Of a stretch of 64,000 nt of DNA, positions 25,181 through 39,427 are shown piece by piece; within the stretch, counting starts at the first letter, position 1; every line of letters starts with the position of its first letter. The stretch is from Chiloscyllium plagiosum (taxonomy: Eukaryota): NCBI RefSeq assembly GCF_004010195.1, contig NC_057757.1, forward strand, positions 1,076,405 to 1,140,404. The letters run 5' to 3'. Below the pieces are notes generated by a model. The model was not told the origin of the DNA. It searched no databases and saw nothing but the letters and a program-made list of their open reading frames with translations. The position numbers were made by a program, and so were the translations under genes.

Positions 25181-26242
25181 CAAGAGCAGCCTCTTTCTGC
25201 TGTTATTAGACTTCTGAATGGACCTCTGAAATTTCAGATTTAATGTTTATTTCACTCTTTGTGTATCTTCTCTGTAGCTATAACATTGTATTCCTCGCTT
25301 GGTTGTGTTACCCTTTATGCAGTTTACTCAAATCATTTGTATGGTATGATCTGCCTGTTCTGCATGCAAAACAAAACTTTTCACTATAGGTACACGGCAA
25401 TAATAAATCAAATCAACATCTGCTGCTGATGCTCCAAATATTGTGCTCCATAGGGTGATCCCTGAGACCTTATCTCTATGCATAATGGAGCATTATTGTG
25501 ACTACTGTCCCTCCTCCAGGGATTTATACGAAGGTGTCACTGACTCCGTTCCTTCACCTGTACTCACCAAATACTACTGATTCTATATGCATGCAACATT
25601 CCTCTGATATGCTACCAACCACATTGAGAAAATGCAGGCCAATTAAAAATGCTGCTGCTTCCTTGAATGTCTTTTCCTCCTAATGCCCAAGTATAAAGTT
25701 GATCCAGTGAGTTGTTGGGGTGGAGAGAGAAGCAGTAAGTAAGTGAGCTGGGACCTATGTGAGTTCTGAACAAAATGTAATGAGGTTTGACCCTTCATAT
25801 TGAGAGCCATCTTGAAATATGCGATTTACTTTAACCTCTAATCACAACTGTATTGCTTGTATTATGCAACCGAACCATGTACTTGAGATGTAACATTTGT
25901 GATTTTTATAGTGTGTTTGCACGATACTAGTTGTACACTAGTAGTATATGTGTGTCTGAAGGGGTTTAGTAATTAATGTGTAAGAACTATAGTACAGATG
26001 AGAAGCAGGGGATCTGTACTTTTTCCTTCTGCAACCAAATGGCACTCAGGCCATTGATAGTAACAGCTTCAGCACAGTTGGTGGGAAAGTGTGGATCCCA
26101 GAATCTCTCGGTTTAGCACAGTACAATATACTAATTATATATAATGTGAGAAACTGAAAGGCTCCTCTATCTTTATTTCTTGTCAAGGTAATCAATCAAA
26201 TTTCAATGAAGCATATAAACCGTACATTTCTTTTTAAAAAGG

Positions 26243-26248
26243 TTTATT
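26243..26248 (-). promoter_or_regulatory. Candidate ACAP1 polyadenylation signal AATAAA (second candidate at 26172-26177); implies a 3'UTR of about 700 nt
   Basis: tttatt on + strand at the end of a repeat-free, AT-rich stretch downstream of the stop codon. Confidence 0.55.
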
Positions 26249-26927
26249 TTTTTCAAAACCTCAAGCAAAGCTCTGTTTTATATAAATAATTGTTACAAAC
26301 TAATGTATTATTTAAAAAAAACTTTCAAAGTGAACTGTATCACAATGTAATAAATTGCCTCAAATTTCTGATACATTTCTTTTGAATCCTGCTATTCATT
26401 TTTGAATCCAACAGCTTCAACTTTGGCCTGATCGATTTCCGCAGTCTTAAGCTATGCATGGGACCCGGAATAAAAAGTTGCTCCTCACTTAATTCTGAAT
26501 TTGAACCTCAAGATCTGTTTGGATTACTGACTTTGGATATCTAATGATTAATAGGAGTCTGATTGAAACTTTATCTGGAAATGTTATCCTGAGATGTTCC
26601 AGACTGTAGCTGAATTCAGACATGTTGAGAAGAGAATTAGTTGAGTTCCAGAGTTTGGAGATCAAGGGAAACAGTGTAATTAGATTGGATTTCAATATAG
26701 TGAAGATGGAGGGAGCAAGAATCCCCTGGTGCTGGAAAAGAAATGGGGTTCCTCAGTTCCTTATTGTTGTTGAACTCTTAAAAATGATATTCCTGCTGTA
26801 TGTGAACAATCAACATTTTTTTTTGCTTTCTGTGCTTTAGCTAGTTTGGAAGAAGCATGTTGCACCTGTTGAGGGAATCATACAGCAGCCTGTAGGATAT
26901 CTCTGGGTGATTGCCAGGTAGGAACAC

Positions 26928-27034
26928 TTAAAGCGTTGAGGTTCTGAGTTCATGACTCTTACGTTTTAACTTCTCCGGGTTATTTGAAGCCATATGCGAG
27001 AAATCTCGGAAAATGTCGTTGTACGTTTCATCTC
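26928..27034 (-). CDS. ACAP1: ACAP1 last coding exon (DETYNDIFRDFSHMASNNPEKLKRKSHELRTSTL*)
   Basis: Polypyrimidine tract and cag acceptor; TAA at 26930-26928; tail resembles ACAP1 RRSHDLHTL as recalled. Confidence 0.94.
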
Positions 27035-27881
27035 CTGAAAGGAGAAGAAAAAGATATAAAGTGAAAGAAAACATGGGATCAGAAAAGCAAGAAATTCAAA
27101 CCTACTGACACACAATCCTCAGCATCAAGTAGGGTCAGAAGCACACAGGCATACAGAGGTTTGGTGAACAAATATCTTCTGCTTGATGTACTACACAAAA
27201 AGCAGGAGGCGCAAGATTCTGTCATAAACTCACACCAAAATAGTTAATTAGCTACAGTCACCTTCAATATCCCTGGGCTGGGATGGATGGTATTAAAACC
27301 AGCTCAGATCTTCGCAGCTAATCACTACCCATGCCTCTATTGCTAAGTGTGTATATGGATTGAATATAGCTATCATATCTTTTACAGCTGAAGAACTCAA
27401 TGACTCCCACTGTCCTGGATAACACAAATAATCCAGCAGAGCAGAATGGAGGAACACCAAAATGAAATTACAGCAGCTACTGGGCAAAGGGTACAAAACC
27501 GCATTGAAATAACCTCAATGTTATGTGGCCTGAGAACGATCAGAGGGGAAATGCTTGTTAGAGCTAGTTCCAAGTCCCACAGAGATTAATACCAGGGAAA
27601 TGACTGAATGTCACTCTACATCCCTCATGTTTTGTCAATTTTCTTCTTAAAGAAATGTAAAGAATTCAGTGGCAATCAAACTGCTTCAATTTGATTTGGT
27701 TTTCATATCTTTTTTTGGCTACTTGCCTACTCTACTGTGACACAGCAATAGTGCTTTTTTCCCTCACTGCACCCATGTTGCGTGTGTGTACTGATTCAGA
27801 TTTCAAAGTCCATATTAATTTAACACGTCTTTGATTTAAACCTGGTTGATGACATGCAGCACTGGACACAAAGATACTGAC

Positions 27882-27943
27882 CTGCTTGTCCAAAGACTCC
27901 CTCTGCTTCTCGCATCTCTTCATTCATCTTAGCCAAACGAAGC
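27882..27943 (-). CDS. ACAP1: ACAP1 penultimate exon (LRLAKMNEEMREAEGVFGQA)
   Basis: 62-nt exon, cag/gtcagt, phase 2 to 1. Confidence 0.94.
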
Positions 27944-28147
27944 CTGAAAATTCAATGGGCAGATTATTAGGGTTTAACACAGTGAGTCCTTCACTTGGGA
28001 TCATAAAATCAAAGAAAGAGATAGGTCAGTCCTTCATGTCTATTCGCCTCTTTGAAACAGCATCCAGTTAGATTACTCCCCATCTCTTCCTAACAATCCG
28101 GATTTTTGTCCTTCAGGTAAAGAAAATCTTGGAATTTAAGGAATAGC

Positions 28148-28479
28148 ATAGAAACCTTATAGTGTGGGAATAGGCCATCTGGCCCAAGTCCACATTGACT
28201 CTCTAAAGAGCATTGCACCCAGACTCACCCCCCTACACTATCCCTGTAACCCTGCATTTCCCATGGCTGATTCACACATCCCTGAACGCTATGAACAATT
28301 TAGCATGGCCAAACTACCTAACCAGCACATCTTTGGACTGTGGGAGGAATACGGAGAACCCAGAGGAAATCCACGCAGCGATGGGTAGAACGTGTAAACT
28401 CCACACAGACAGTCGCCCGAGGTTGAAATTGAACCTGAGTCCCTGGCGCTGTGAGGCAGCAGTGCTAACCAGTGCCGCA
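28148..28479 (-). mobile_element. HE1-type V-SINE (intronic)
   Basis: Reverse complement of the SINE family. Confidence 0.85.
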
Positions 28480-29149
28480 CCTATACATGAAGTGTTTTGT
28501 AATCCCAGGACGTTTAAAAGTGTTCAGTCTATGTTGTGAAGAATCTGGGGAAAACTCTCTTCCCCTTCTTTGAATGGTGCAGTGGGATATTTTACATTAC
28601 CTTGGGGGCAGATAGAGCTTTAGATGAACATTGGAACTAGAAAAAGAAATCCAATTCCCTTAAAGAGTTGGCATGATCTGCATAGATTCTTGATGAATTT
28701 TATGGGCCCCTCCACTCAAGGGGACAAGATGATCTAAAAAAAAGGCTTATCTAAAATAAATATTGCTGGGCTTAAGAGAGCTGGAGTGCTTCCCCAGGCC
28801 TTGACTCAAATTGTGGACCAATGTCTTTCTTTACTGTCTGCAATCATGTCAGAACTCCTTCACTCCACCTTCCCTCTGATCGCCACATACAGAACTTATG
28901 TCATCCCTCTGCAATTTGATGTGACACCCTTCACCTGGAGTCAAAAATCGGTACTTGATCTTTCAAGAATTAAATTAGGAAATACTTCACACAACGATGG
29001 AAACTTGGAACTCTGATAGTAGATCGTTTATCAATTTTTAGGGATGGGCAATAAATGCTGGCTAAGCCACCAATTCCCTATCCTATGAATGGTTAAAAAA
29101 AAATCAGATTGATTTCTGTTAACCAAAGGCTTGGCAATATATTGGAAAA

Positions 29150-29752
29150 GAGTCATAGAGTCATAAAGGTGTACAGCACGGAAACAAACCCTTCCGTCCA
29201 ACCTGTCCATGCCAACCAGATATCCCAACCCAATCTAGTCCCACCTGCCAGCGCCTGGCCCGTATCTCTCTTAAACCCTTCCTATTCATATACCCATCCA
29301 GATGCCTTTTAAATGTTGTAATTGTACTAGCCTCCACCACTTCGTCTGGCACCGCTCTCTGAGTGAAAAGGTTGCCTCTTAGGTCTCTTTTATATCTTTC
29401 CCCTAAACCCATGTCATCTAGTGCTGGACTCCCCCACCCCAGGGAAAAGACTTTATGTATTTATCCTATTCATGCCCCTCATGATTTTGTAAACCTCTAT
29501 AAGGTCACCCCTCAGCCTCCGACGCTCCAGGGAAAACAGCCCTAGCCATTCAACTTCTCCCTATAGCTCAAATCCTCCAAGCCTGGCAACATCCTTGAAA
29601 ATCTTTTCTGAACCCTTTCAAGTTTCACATCTTTCCAATAGGAAGGAGACCAGAATTGCATGCAATATTCCATAAGTGACCTAACCAATGTTGTGTACAG
29701 CCGCAACATGACCTCCCAACTTCTGTACTCAATACTCTGACCAGTAAAAGAA
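29150..29752 (-). mobile_element. HER1/CR1 LINE 3' end; another RT piece at 30462-30850
   Basis: RYKRDLRGNLFTQR; TSGVPQGLVLGPLLFIIYINDL...KFVDDTK. Confidence 0.9.
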
Positions 29753-29757
29753 AGGAA

Positions 29758-30097
29758 GGTGGCACGGTGGCTCAGTGGTTAGCACTGCTGCCTCACAGCG
29801 CCAGGGACCCGGGTTCGATTCCAGCCTCGGGCGACTGTCTGTGTGGAGTTTGCACATTCCCCCCATGTCTGCAACACTCCTGAGGACCTTACCATTAAGC
29901 GGGTTTCCTCAGGGTGCTCTGGTTTTCTCCCACAGTCCAAAGATGTGCAGGCCAGATGAATTGGCCATGCTAAATTGCCCATAGTGTTAGGTGCATTAGT
30001 CAGAGGGAAATGGGTTTGGGTGGGTCACTCTTCGGAGGGTCGGTGTGGACTGGTTGGGCCGAAGGGCCTGTTTCCACACTGTAGGGAATCTAGTCTA
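29758..30097 (+). mobile_element. HE1-type V-SINE with a short internal insertion
   Basis: A/B boxes, V-domain interrupted near 29873-29898, LINE-like tail. Confidence 0.88.
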
Positions 30098-31331
30098 AAC
30101 TCATTGATTTAGGCATGAAATCATGCAACAAATGACTCCCCAAAAACTCCCACCCACCACCTTACCACTTTAAAGCCTTTGCCCCCTTGTTTCTTCTAAA
30201 TATATTTTCAGTGAAGGCGTGAGAGCCAGTCCTGACAGTGTAGCTCCATCATGTCTCAGACTGTTGCTAATGCCAATTAAACAGACTTTCAGTGACTAGC
30301 TCTCCATTGTGACTGTCCTCCATGCAATATTATTCCTTGGTCTCATAGGTCATGAGTACATTGTAACTGTTGGGTAGATTCCATGTCTATGGGGCCTCCT
30401 CTAAAGATGTGTCTAAGTTCTGTATAATATTGTCCAGACATTCTTCTGACTCCCTTCTAGTCATACCAAACACCTTCTTCACTATCCTATCTACCTGCAA
30501 CTCCATTTTCAAGGAACTATGAACCTGCACTCGAAGGTCTCTTTGTTCAGCAACACTCCCAAGGACTTTACCATTAAGTGTATAAATCCTGCTACGATTT
30601 ACTTTCCCAAAATGCAGCACCTCACATTTATCTAAATTAAACACCATCTGCCACTTCTCAGCCCATTGGCCCATCTGATCAAGATCCCGTTGTAATCTGA
30701 GGTAACCTTCTTTGTTGTCCACTATACCTCCAATTTTGGTATCATCTACAAATTTACTAACTATACCCCTTATGCTCACATCCAAGTCATTTATATAAAT
30801 GATGAAAAGTAGTGGACCCAACACCAATCCTTGTGGCACTCCACTGGTCAAAAGCTGGAGATGTGGAGTTAGATCACAGATCAGATAATTTTATTGAATG
30901 GTGTAACAGGTTTGAGATATATAACGACCACCTCCTTTTCCTTCCTTCCCCTGCAGTCCTATATTACTGCTGTCTCTATCTTTTCTCCAGAGACGATGAG
31001 CTGTAGCAGACACAGTTTACCTAAGCTGTATATAATCTGCTCTCAACATAGTTAACCACTTTCACTCACTGGGGAGTGGGATGGGGAGGAGATAGCTATT
31101 CAATAATTAACATTCGGAAGCATTCCCGAGAGCTGGGACTAATCTTCCAGAGCTAAGGTTCCTGAGTAAATCCATATAATCATTTAATGGTGGGGATTAT
31201 TGTCAGAACTATACAACCTGCTCACTGGCTCCTCTCTTAGCTTAGATTTTAAGGATAGTAGCTTGTGTTACTTAATCACAGAGAGCAGAAATATAATATA
31301 TTCAGTCTCAAGTCCCTGTTAACTTACTTGT

Positions 31332-31484
31332 CATGATTTGGAGATGCCAGTGTTGGACTGAGGTGTACAAAGTTAAAAATCACACACCAGGTTATAGTCC
31401 AACAGGTTTAATTGAAAGCACTAGCTAGTGCTTCCAATTAAACCTGTTGGACTATAACCTGGTGTTGTGTGATTTTTAACTTTG
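31332..31484. mobile_element. Penelope-like family B palindrome collapsed at the hammerhead site
   Basis: Inverted arms of about 55 bp meeting at gcactagctagtgc. Confidence 0.75.
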
Positions 31485-31840
31485 ACTTAGTTGAGTTTGG
31501 ATAGTGCAAATTATTAACTGCAACAAATGATCTTTGCACCATTGAACCAACCAAGCTATAAAAGAAAAAGCAAGCAAGGGTTTCTGCTTTTTAGTCATTA
31601 TTCATTGACTCATATGAATGTCAGCTGACTATAAACCAACATCCCATGAACATTCATTGCCTTGATGCAGACATGAGCAATGAGCCCTTGGGTGAGGAAC
31701 CAGGAGCAGACTGGATACTGTTGAACACAGCCCAGCAAAAGTGAGCATCTTTGTGAGTGGAGAAGGGAGGTAGAAGAAGAGAAGGTAGAGAGGTAAAGAA
31801 TAGAGGGTAAGAAAGATATCCTGGATGTTGTGGCACTCAC

Positions 31841-31951
31841 AGTGTGACAATGTCTGCATTCGCAGTATCGATAGCGATTGTAATTGGATCTTTGCCATTT
31901 TCATCTACTGCAGTTTGGCTTGCTCCACGTTTCAAGAACAGGCACACTAGA
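31841..31951 (-). CDS. ACAP1: ACAP1 coding exon (ankyrin: LVCLFLKRGASQTAVDENGKDPITIAIDTANADIVT)
   Basis: 111-nt exon, tag/gtgagt, phase 2 to 2. Confidence 0.95.
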
Positions 31952-32459
31952 CTATAATAAATCACAGATTGTAATAAACAGAACATTTTAAAAACACAAA
32001 TTAAGAGTTGGCATTAATAACTCCGATAGGTGTCAACTGAATTATTATTTAGGAATGCATTATCTTAATGAATAACAATTCACACACTTCAGTGAAGCTG
32101 GTATAGTTATTGAAATTTCTTGAGAGCATTGTTCTGCATTAATGTCATCAGGCAAATCGACAGTTAGTGGGGAGCTAAAAACAATGCAATAAGATGACAA
32201 CTTGTATTTATCTAGCAGTGTTAAACGAGTGAAACATTCCATGGCACTGCAGAGGAATTTAACATTGACTGTGTCATGGAGGTGACATTATGATAAGTAA
32301 CTAAAGACTGTGCCACAGAGATGTAGAGATGACAAGCTCAAGGGACGAATGGGCCTTTTCCTATTTCAGTGTTTCTAAAGCAAAAAAAAAATAGAAGTCA
32401 CCTTTGTCCTCTTCTGCCATTGGGATCCAGGATGAAAAATGTTTCTGTAACTAACTTTT

Positions 32460-32632
32460 ACAGTGCCTGCCCTGGGAATATAATGACAGGGAGGTGTAAA
32501 GAGATCTTTATTCTGTATCTAACCCATGCAGTATTGGTCAGAATTGATTTTGATAGGGATTGTATGGGTAGAGTTCTAACAGTATCTAACCCTGTGCTGT
32601 ACCTGTTCTGTGAATGTTTGATGGGACAGCAA
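32460..32632. repeat. Degenerate satellite-like repeat, 2-3 units of about 65-70 bp
   Basis: Recurrent gtatctaaccc...ctg..ctgggaat...gatgggac units. Confidence 0.55.
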
Positions 32633-32879
32633 ATAGGAATTTTCTCATTGTTGTTTCAAACTTTCTAAATTTGACTCAAGTTTTTGAACAAAAAAAACCC
32701 AAAGAAAGTGCCAGAAATGAGAGACCAAATCATGATCTCCCAGTATGAATCAATTTTCACTTCTGATTTATAATTAGCTACATTTCCTTTTTAAATAAGT
32801 TACATCATTTATGGTGTCAAATCAGCACGCATGATTAATTTTGCAGCACTAGATGCATCTAGTGCCAAGCCAGCCTTAC

Positions 32880-32989
32880 CCAGTGTGCCCATGGATAGTA
32901 GCATGGTGGAGAGGACCACGACTGTGAATGTCCATTTGATTCACGTTGGCTCCGTTCTGCAACAGAAATTCACAGGCTACCAAGGAACC
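32880..32989 (-). CDS. ACAP1: ACAP1 coding exon (ankyrin: GSLVACEFLLQNGANVNQMDIHSRGPLHHATIHGHT)
   Basis: 110-nt exon, tag/gtaag; not in the ORF track, read manually. Confidence 0.95.
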
Positions 32990-33849
32990 CTAGGAACCAT
33001 ATCATGGAGCCGAAGAGAAGGAATGTAAAGATGGAACAAAAAAAAGTCAATGGTTAGTCCATTTAGGATCTGAATCACATTTCTCAATGATACAAGGAGC
33101 AGGATCTCCACAGAACACACTTAGTCTTATTGAGTACATGTAATTCAGCGCAGAGTTATCTTTCTGTCTTTGCATGATTTGACCAAACAGATTACCCACC
33201 TAATATACACTTGCCCATTTTTTTTCATTTTAGTTTAGTCTTGAGGGATAATATTTCAAGGAACAATCTGAGCTCGTTTTCCTTCCACTCTAGGGATCCT
33301 CGTAGAATAAATACCAGCTTTCTATTAGCTCTCATTAAGAAGATACCCAATGATGTAAATCACATGCACTTACATGTCAAAGCAAGTACCACTACAATTT
33401 TTTAAAACAAGAATATTCGGACAAGATTTCAAGTGAAATCATTATTTATCATTGTATATCATTGTTTAACCAGGCTATGGTGGATTTGATTTGATTTATT
33501 GTAGTCATATGTACCTAAGTACGGTGAGAAATTTTGTTTTGCGAGCGGTACAGGCAGATCATAACAAACAAGGACATACAGATCACAGGATGCGTCTATG
33601 ATCACAGAGCGAGGCATACAGAGTAATGGCACACAGCAAAATCAACATTAGATTTGAAATTGGAGAGGTCCATTCAGCAGTCTAACAATAGCAGGGAAGC
33701 AGCTGTTCATGAACCTTTTGTACCTTGTGTCTGATAGAAGAGGTTGGAAGAGAGTATTACTGGGGTGGGAGCGGTCTTTGATGAGCATTGATGAGATTGT
33801 GGATCAGAGATTATTGTTGGATTGCGATTATTCCAGCTGTGGCTCAGTG

Positions 33850-36800
33850 AGGGGAGCACATCAGTTAGAAAAGAAAGACACAAGGGAGTCAGAGTACATA
33901 GTAACTCTGAAGAACTAAACTGCATTTATTTCAATGCAAGGGGTTTTACAGGTAAGGCTGATGAACTGAAGATATGTTTAAGAACATGGGATTGGGACGT
34001 CATAACTATTACAGAAACCTAGAAGAGAGATGGACAAGACTGGCAGCTCAATGTTCCAGGTTTTACACGCTGTATGAAGGATAGAAAAAGAGTGAAAATA
34101 TATGGGTAGAAATTACAAATAAGAAAGGAAAGATCACTTTGATGGGATTGTACTATAGGCCCCCCAATAGTAAGAGGGAGATTGAGAAACAAATAAGTAG
34201 GGATATCTCAGATATATGTAAGCATTGTAATAATGGAGGATTTTGATTTTCCAAACATTGACTCGGGCTACCATAGTGTTAAAGGCTTGAATGGTGAAGA
34301 ATTTGTCAAATTTGTTTGAGAAAATTTCCTTTTTCAATATATGGATGCTATTACTAGAGAAGGAGGAAAATAAGATCTTCTTTTGGCAGGACAGGTGACT
34401 GAAGTTAAAGTGGGGGAACACTTTGGGTCTAGCGATCATAGTTCTATGAGTTTCAAAATGGCTATGGAAAACGTTAAGCCTTCCATTTAGAATCATAGAA
34501 TCATAGAGATGTACAGCATGGAAACAGACCCTTCGGTCCAACCCGTCCATGACCCAATCTAGTCCCACCTGCCAGCACCCGGCTCATATCCCTCCAAACC
34601 CTTTCTATTCATATACCCATCCAAATGCCTCTTAAATGTTGCAATTGTACCAGCCTCCACCAAATCCTCTGACAGCTCATTCCATACACGTACCACCCTC
34701 TGCATGAAAAAGTTGCCCCTTAGGTCTCTTTTATATCTTTCCCCTCTCACCCTAAACCTATGCCCTCTAGTTCTGGACTCCATGACTCCAGGGAAAANNN
34801 NNNNNNNNCCTAACCAATGTCCTGTACAGCCGCAACATGACCTCCCAACTCCAGTACTCAATACTCTGACCAATAAAGGAAAGCATACCAAACACCGCCT
34901 TCAATATCCTATCTACCTGCGACTCCACTTTCAAGGAGCTATGAACCTGCACTCCAAGGTCTCTTTGTTCAACAGCACTCCCAAGGACCTTACCATTAAG
35001 TGTATAAGTCCTGCTCAGATTTGCTTTCCCAAAATGCAGCACCTCGCATTTAATTGAATTAAACTCCATCTGCCACTTCAAGGTAAATTTTAATGCCACG
35101 AGACAAGAGCTTTCAAAAGTTGATTGGAGTAGACTGTTCGCAGGTACAAGGGTGTCTGACAAGTTGGAGGTGCTGAGGAATGTGATGACGAGAGTTTGGA
35201 GGCATTTTATTCATGATAGAGTGGTATGATTAAGGAACAATGGATGAATAAAGATATTGATGTTCTTGTCAAGAATAAAAGAGAATCGTAATTTAGATAC
35301 AGACAACTTGGTTCAATTGAATCTCTTAATCAATATAAAGAGTGTTGGAGCATTCCTAACAGAGAAATTAGGAAGTCAAAGAGGGGAAAAGATAGCATTG
35401 GCAGATAAGGTTAAGGATAATCCAAAGAGATTCTACAAATATAGTAAGAGTAAGGTAACTGAGAGAGGGTAGAGCCTCTTAAAGATCAAGGAGGTCATAA
35501 GAACTAGGAGCAGGAGTAGGCCGTCTGGCCCTTCGAGCCTACTCTGCCATTCAATAAGGTCATGGCTGACCTTTTCGTAGACTCAGCTTCACTTACCTGC
35601 CCATTCACCATAACCCTTAATTCCTTTATTGTTAAAAAATAAATCTTAGTTTTAAAAACATTTACTGCAGAAACCTCAACTATTTCTCTGGGCAGAGAAT
35701 TCCACAGATTCACAACCCTCTGGGTGAGGACGTTCCTTCTCAATTCAGTCCTGAATTTGCTCCTCCTAATTTTGAGGCTATTCCCTTGTGTCTTAGTTTC
35801 ACCTGCCAGTGGAAACATCCTCTCTATGTCTATCTTATCTATTCCGTTCATAATTTTATATGTTTCTCTAAGATCCCCCCTCATTCTTCTGAATTCCAGT
35901 GAATATAATCCCAGTCTACTCAGTCTCTCCTCATAAGCCAACCCTGTCAACTCCAGACCTAGGTGAACCTCCTCTGCACCTCCTCCAGTGCCAGTATATC
36001 TTTTCTCAAATAAGGAGACCAAAACTGCATGCAGTACTCCAGGTGTGGCCTCACCAGCACCCTGTACAGCTGCAATATAACCTCCCTGATATTCAACGTA
36101 ATTCCTTCAGCAGTGAAGGACAAAATTCCATTTGCCTTCTTAATTACCTGCTGTACCTGCAGGCCAACCATATGTGATTTATTCACAAGGGCACCCAGGT
36201 CCCTCTGCACAGCAGCGTGCTGCAACTTTTTACCAGGAGATGGGAGAGATACTAAATGAATATTTCTCATCAGTTTTTAGTGTGGAGAAAGAAATGGAGA
36301 CCAGAGAATGCAGAGAGAGAAATATTGATGTTTTAAAAACAGTTCACACTACAGAAGAGGAAGTTTGGGAGGACGTGGAGAATATAAATGTGTGTAAATC
36401 TCCTGGACCTGACCTAATGATCCCAGAACATTGTGGGAAGAAAGAGAGGACATTACGAGACCCCTCGCAGAAATATTTACATCATCTGTAACTACGGGTT
36501 GTGGGGGGGGGGGGGGGGGGTGGGCGGTGGCTGATGACTGGAGGGTAGCTAATGTTGTACCTTTGTTTAAGAAAGGTTGTAAGGGGAAACTGGGGAACTA
36601 AAGACCTGTGAGTCTGACTTTGACTGGCAGGAAATTTTTGAAGGTGATTATAAAAGGTAGGATTTATGGACATTTAGAGAGGCAAAATTGATTAAGGATA
36701 GTCCGCATGGTTTTGTGCGAGAAAAATCGTGTCTCACAAACTTGATTGAGTTTTTTTGAGGAAGTTACCAAAAAAGTTGATGATGGCAGAGCAGTAGACA

Positions 36801-37168
36801 TTGTTTATTTGGATTTTAGTAAAACGTTTGACAAGGTTCTGCACGGTAGGTTAATTAGTAAAGTTAGGCCACATGGGATTCAGGATGAGCTTGCCAATTG
36901 GATACATAATTAGCTTTTAAGGTGAGTGGACGGAGATTTTAAAAAAGACATAAGAGCCACATTTTTAACACAGAGAATAGTTCGTGTGTGGAATGAACTT
37001 GCAGAGGAAGTGGTGGATGTGGGTACAGTTACAGCGTTTAAAAGACATTTGGTTAACTACATGAATAGGAAAGGTTTGGAGGGATACGGGCCAGGAGCAG
37101 GCAGATGGGACTAGCTTGGGATATGTTTGGCATGGACTGTATGTTTTCGTGCTGGGTGACTCTATGAT
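33850..37168. mobile_element. Plus-strand CR1 relic interrupted by two minus-strand CR1/HER1 copies (about 34490-35078 and 35497-36228)
   Basis: CIYFNARG endonuclease start; RT motifs; includes an 11-N gap at 34798-34808. Confidence 0.88.
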
Positions 37169-37231
37169 TAGGTGTAGCGTTGCATTCAGCAGATATCACT
37201 CTCTCCATCGAAAGTAATGAATTCTTTTTAC

Positions 37232-37428
37232 CGGTGTCACTGCCTGGATAAGTGGAGTTTTGTTCTCATCTGATGCATTCACCCAGTTCACATCAGCCCC
37301 ATGTGCCAGTGCATCAGCCATGACTGGGAGATTTTGGAGTGCGGCAGCTCGGTAAAGTAGTGCCCCTGGATGGAGGTCTCGCAGCTCGTCACAGCTCTCA
37401 GCATTTGAGGCTTCTTTATCATTCACGC
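37232..37428 (-). CDS. ACAP1: ACAP1 coding exon (LHPGALLYRAAALQNLPVMADALAHGADVNWVN...TPLIQAVTP; start of ankyrin region)
   Basis: 197-nt exon, tag/gtaaa, phase 1 to 0; LHPGALL and MADALAHGADVNWVN match ACAP1. Confidence 0.95.
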
Positions 37429-38133
37429 CTACAAACAGGGAACAGGAGAAAGAGAAATTGAAATTAGTGAACCTGACCTGACAGTGCATTTCAGCATTTT
37501 ACGTTTATAAATTCATCTTTAACATAGTAAAAACATTCCAAGGAGTAGCTAGGTAAAGGAAAATTGACATAAGAAAAACGAAGATATTGGGACAGATATG
37601 TGAACATGGGACATTGGAAACAGTCCTTTGATTCCTGCTGCTTCATTCATTAGTAAGATCATGGCTGATCTGGCTGTTGTTTCAATTCCACTTTCTAGTC
37701 CGCTTCTGTTCCTGGGATAATGGGGTATATTAGGGCCCAACAAATGAGTCCTGGATCTCTGGAGGCCCCCCCCCCCCTGCCAGTCCTTGCATGGGGCAGG
37801 GCTGCTGTGCTCAGTTGGGGTCCTGAACTAGTGGGGTCTTTGATTTCTGTACCTACTCCTGGACTGCATCCCATAACTTTTAATTCAAATGTTTATCATA
37901 AATCTATCCCGGCCCTGTTTACAGACCATTCTCTTCTGGAGAAGAATAATTCCACATTCTTAACTGACCACAGGATACTAAAGTTCTTCTTATCCCTATC
38001 TTAAAAGTAACATCCTTTATTTTTCAAGTATGTCCCCTAAATTTAATCTTCAGCACAAAAGGAACCATTCTCTGGGTATCCATCCTTCCCAGTCCCCTGA
38101 AGTTTTTGTTTCAATAGTACTAGCTCTTTTTAT

Positions 38134-38453
38134 GGTGGCATGGTGGCACAGTGGTTAGCACTGCTGCCTCACAGCGCCAGAGACCCGGGTTCAATTCCCA
38201 TCTCAGGTGTCTGTCTGTGTGGAATTTGCACATTCTCCCCGTGTCTGCGTGGGTTTCCTCTGGGTGCTCCAGTTTCCTCCCACAGTCCAAAAATGTGCCG
38301 GTTAGGTGAATTGGCCATGCTAAATTGCCTATAGTGTTAGGTGAAGGGGTAAATGTAGGGGAATGGGTCTGGGTGGGTTGCTCTTCGGAGGGTCGGTGTG
38401 GACTTGTTGGGCCGAAGGGCCTGTTTCCGCACTGTAAGTAATGTAAATCTAAA
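38134..38453 (+). mobile_element. HE1-type V-SINE
   Basis: Well-preserved A/B boxes, V-domain and tail. Confidence 0.9.
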
Positions 38454-39427
38454 TCATTCTTCCAAACCCCTAATTTCTAATGGCCAACTGTCCGATGTTT
38501 CTTCATAAGATAAGCCCCTCATCGCAGGAATGAGTTGAGTGAACCTTCTTTGAATTATTTCTGAAGCAATTCTACCTTAAAATCAAAATTATGACACCAA
38601 AACTACATAGCACTGTAGACATATAACTGGACCTCCAAGGGCCTTTGTTCCAATATAATCTAATCTCAATCCTTTCAAAGGAACATTTCAATTCATCTTT
38701 CTTGATCAAAAAATAGATGAAACGTTGAATTCTACCTTTTAGTATATTGTCAATATACTAAATTCAAACTTGATTAGAGTTTGTTTTTTTGGGGGTATAA
38801 TTTAAACTGATTAGCCAAATTCAAAATTGTTTTTGTCTCTGGGCAACCAGCTATCCTAGCTGCTGGACCACATGTTACATTGTATCTTATTCAGAACACT
38901 TGGTGCTGTTGGATAGTTCTGCTCACATTTAACTCTCTTACAGGTACAGTACACCCACATCTTCATAACAATCTATCCAAGCAAGAATCGATTAAGGTAT
39001 AGATGTTGAATATTGCTGCAAAAAGACATTTTGTGAAAGCTTTCTGTCTTGCACTCATAACAAAATGTTGCAAGAATACCAACTCAAGGGAAAAAAAATC
39101 CAACCTTAATGCTACATGAGAAGAGATGGCTGATTGGTTGGCAAGGGGATTCTGATTGGTAGAGATACTCTCCCTGGCAACATCTGTGCAAGTAACATTC
39201 TTGCCCACACAATTCCCAGTCAGCCAATGGATATCTCTAACAAGAAAGAATTTAAGCAACACCTCTCCATTCAATGGCACATTGTTGAATCCCCCACTAT
39301 CAACCTTGGGGTTACCACTGAGCTGAAACTGAACCAGACTAGCCACATTAATACTAATCTACAAGAGCAGGTCAGAGGCTAGGAACCTTGAAGTGAGTAA
39401 CTCACCTCCTGACTCCCCATAACTTGG

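Noticed and set aside
36502..36523. Poly-G run as a functional G-quadruplex
   Set aside because: Homopolymer expansion within a decayed LINE; length is also prone to sequencing error
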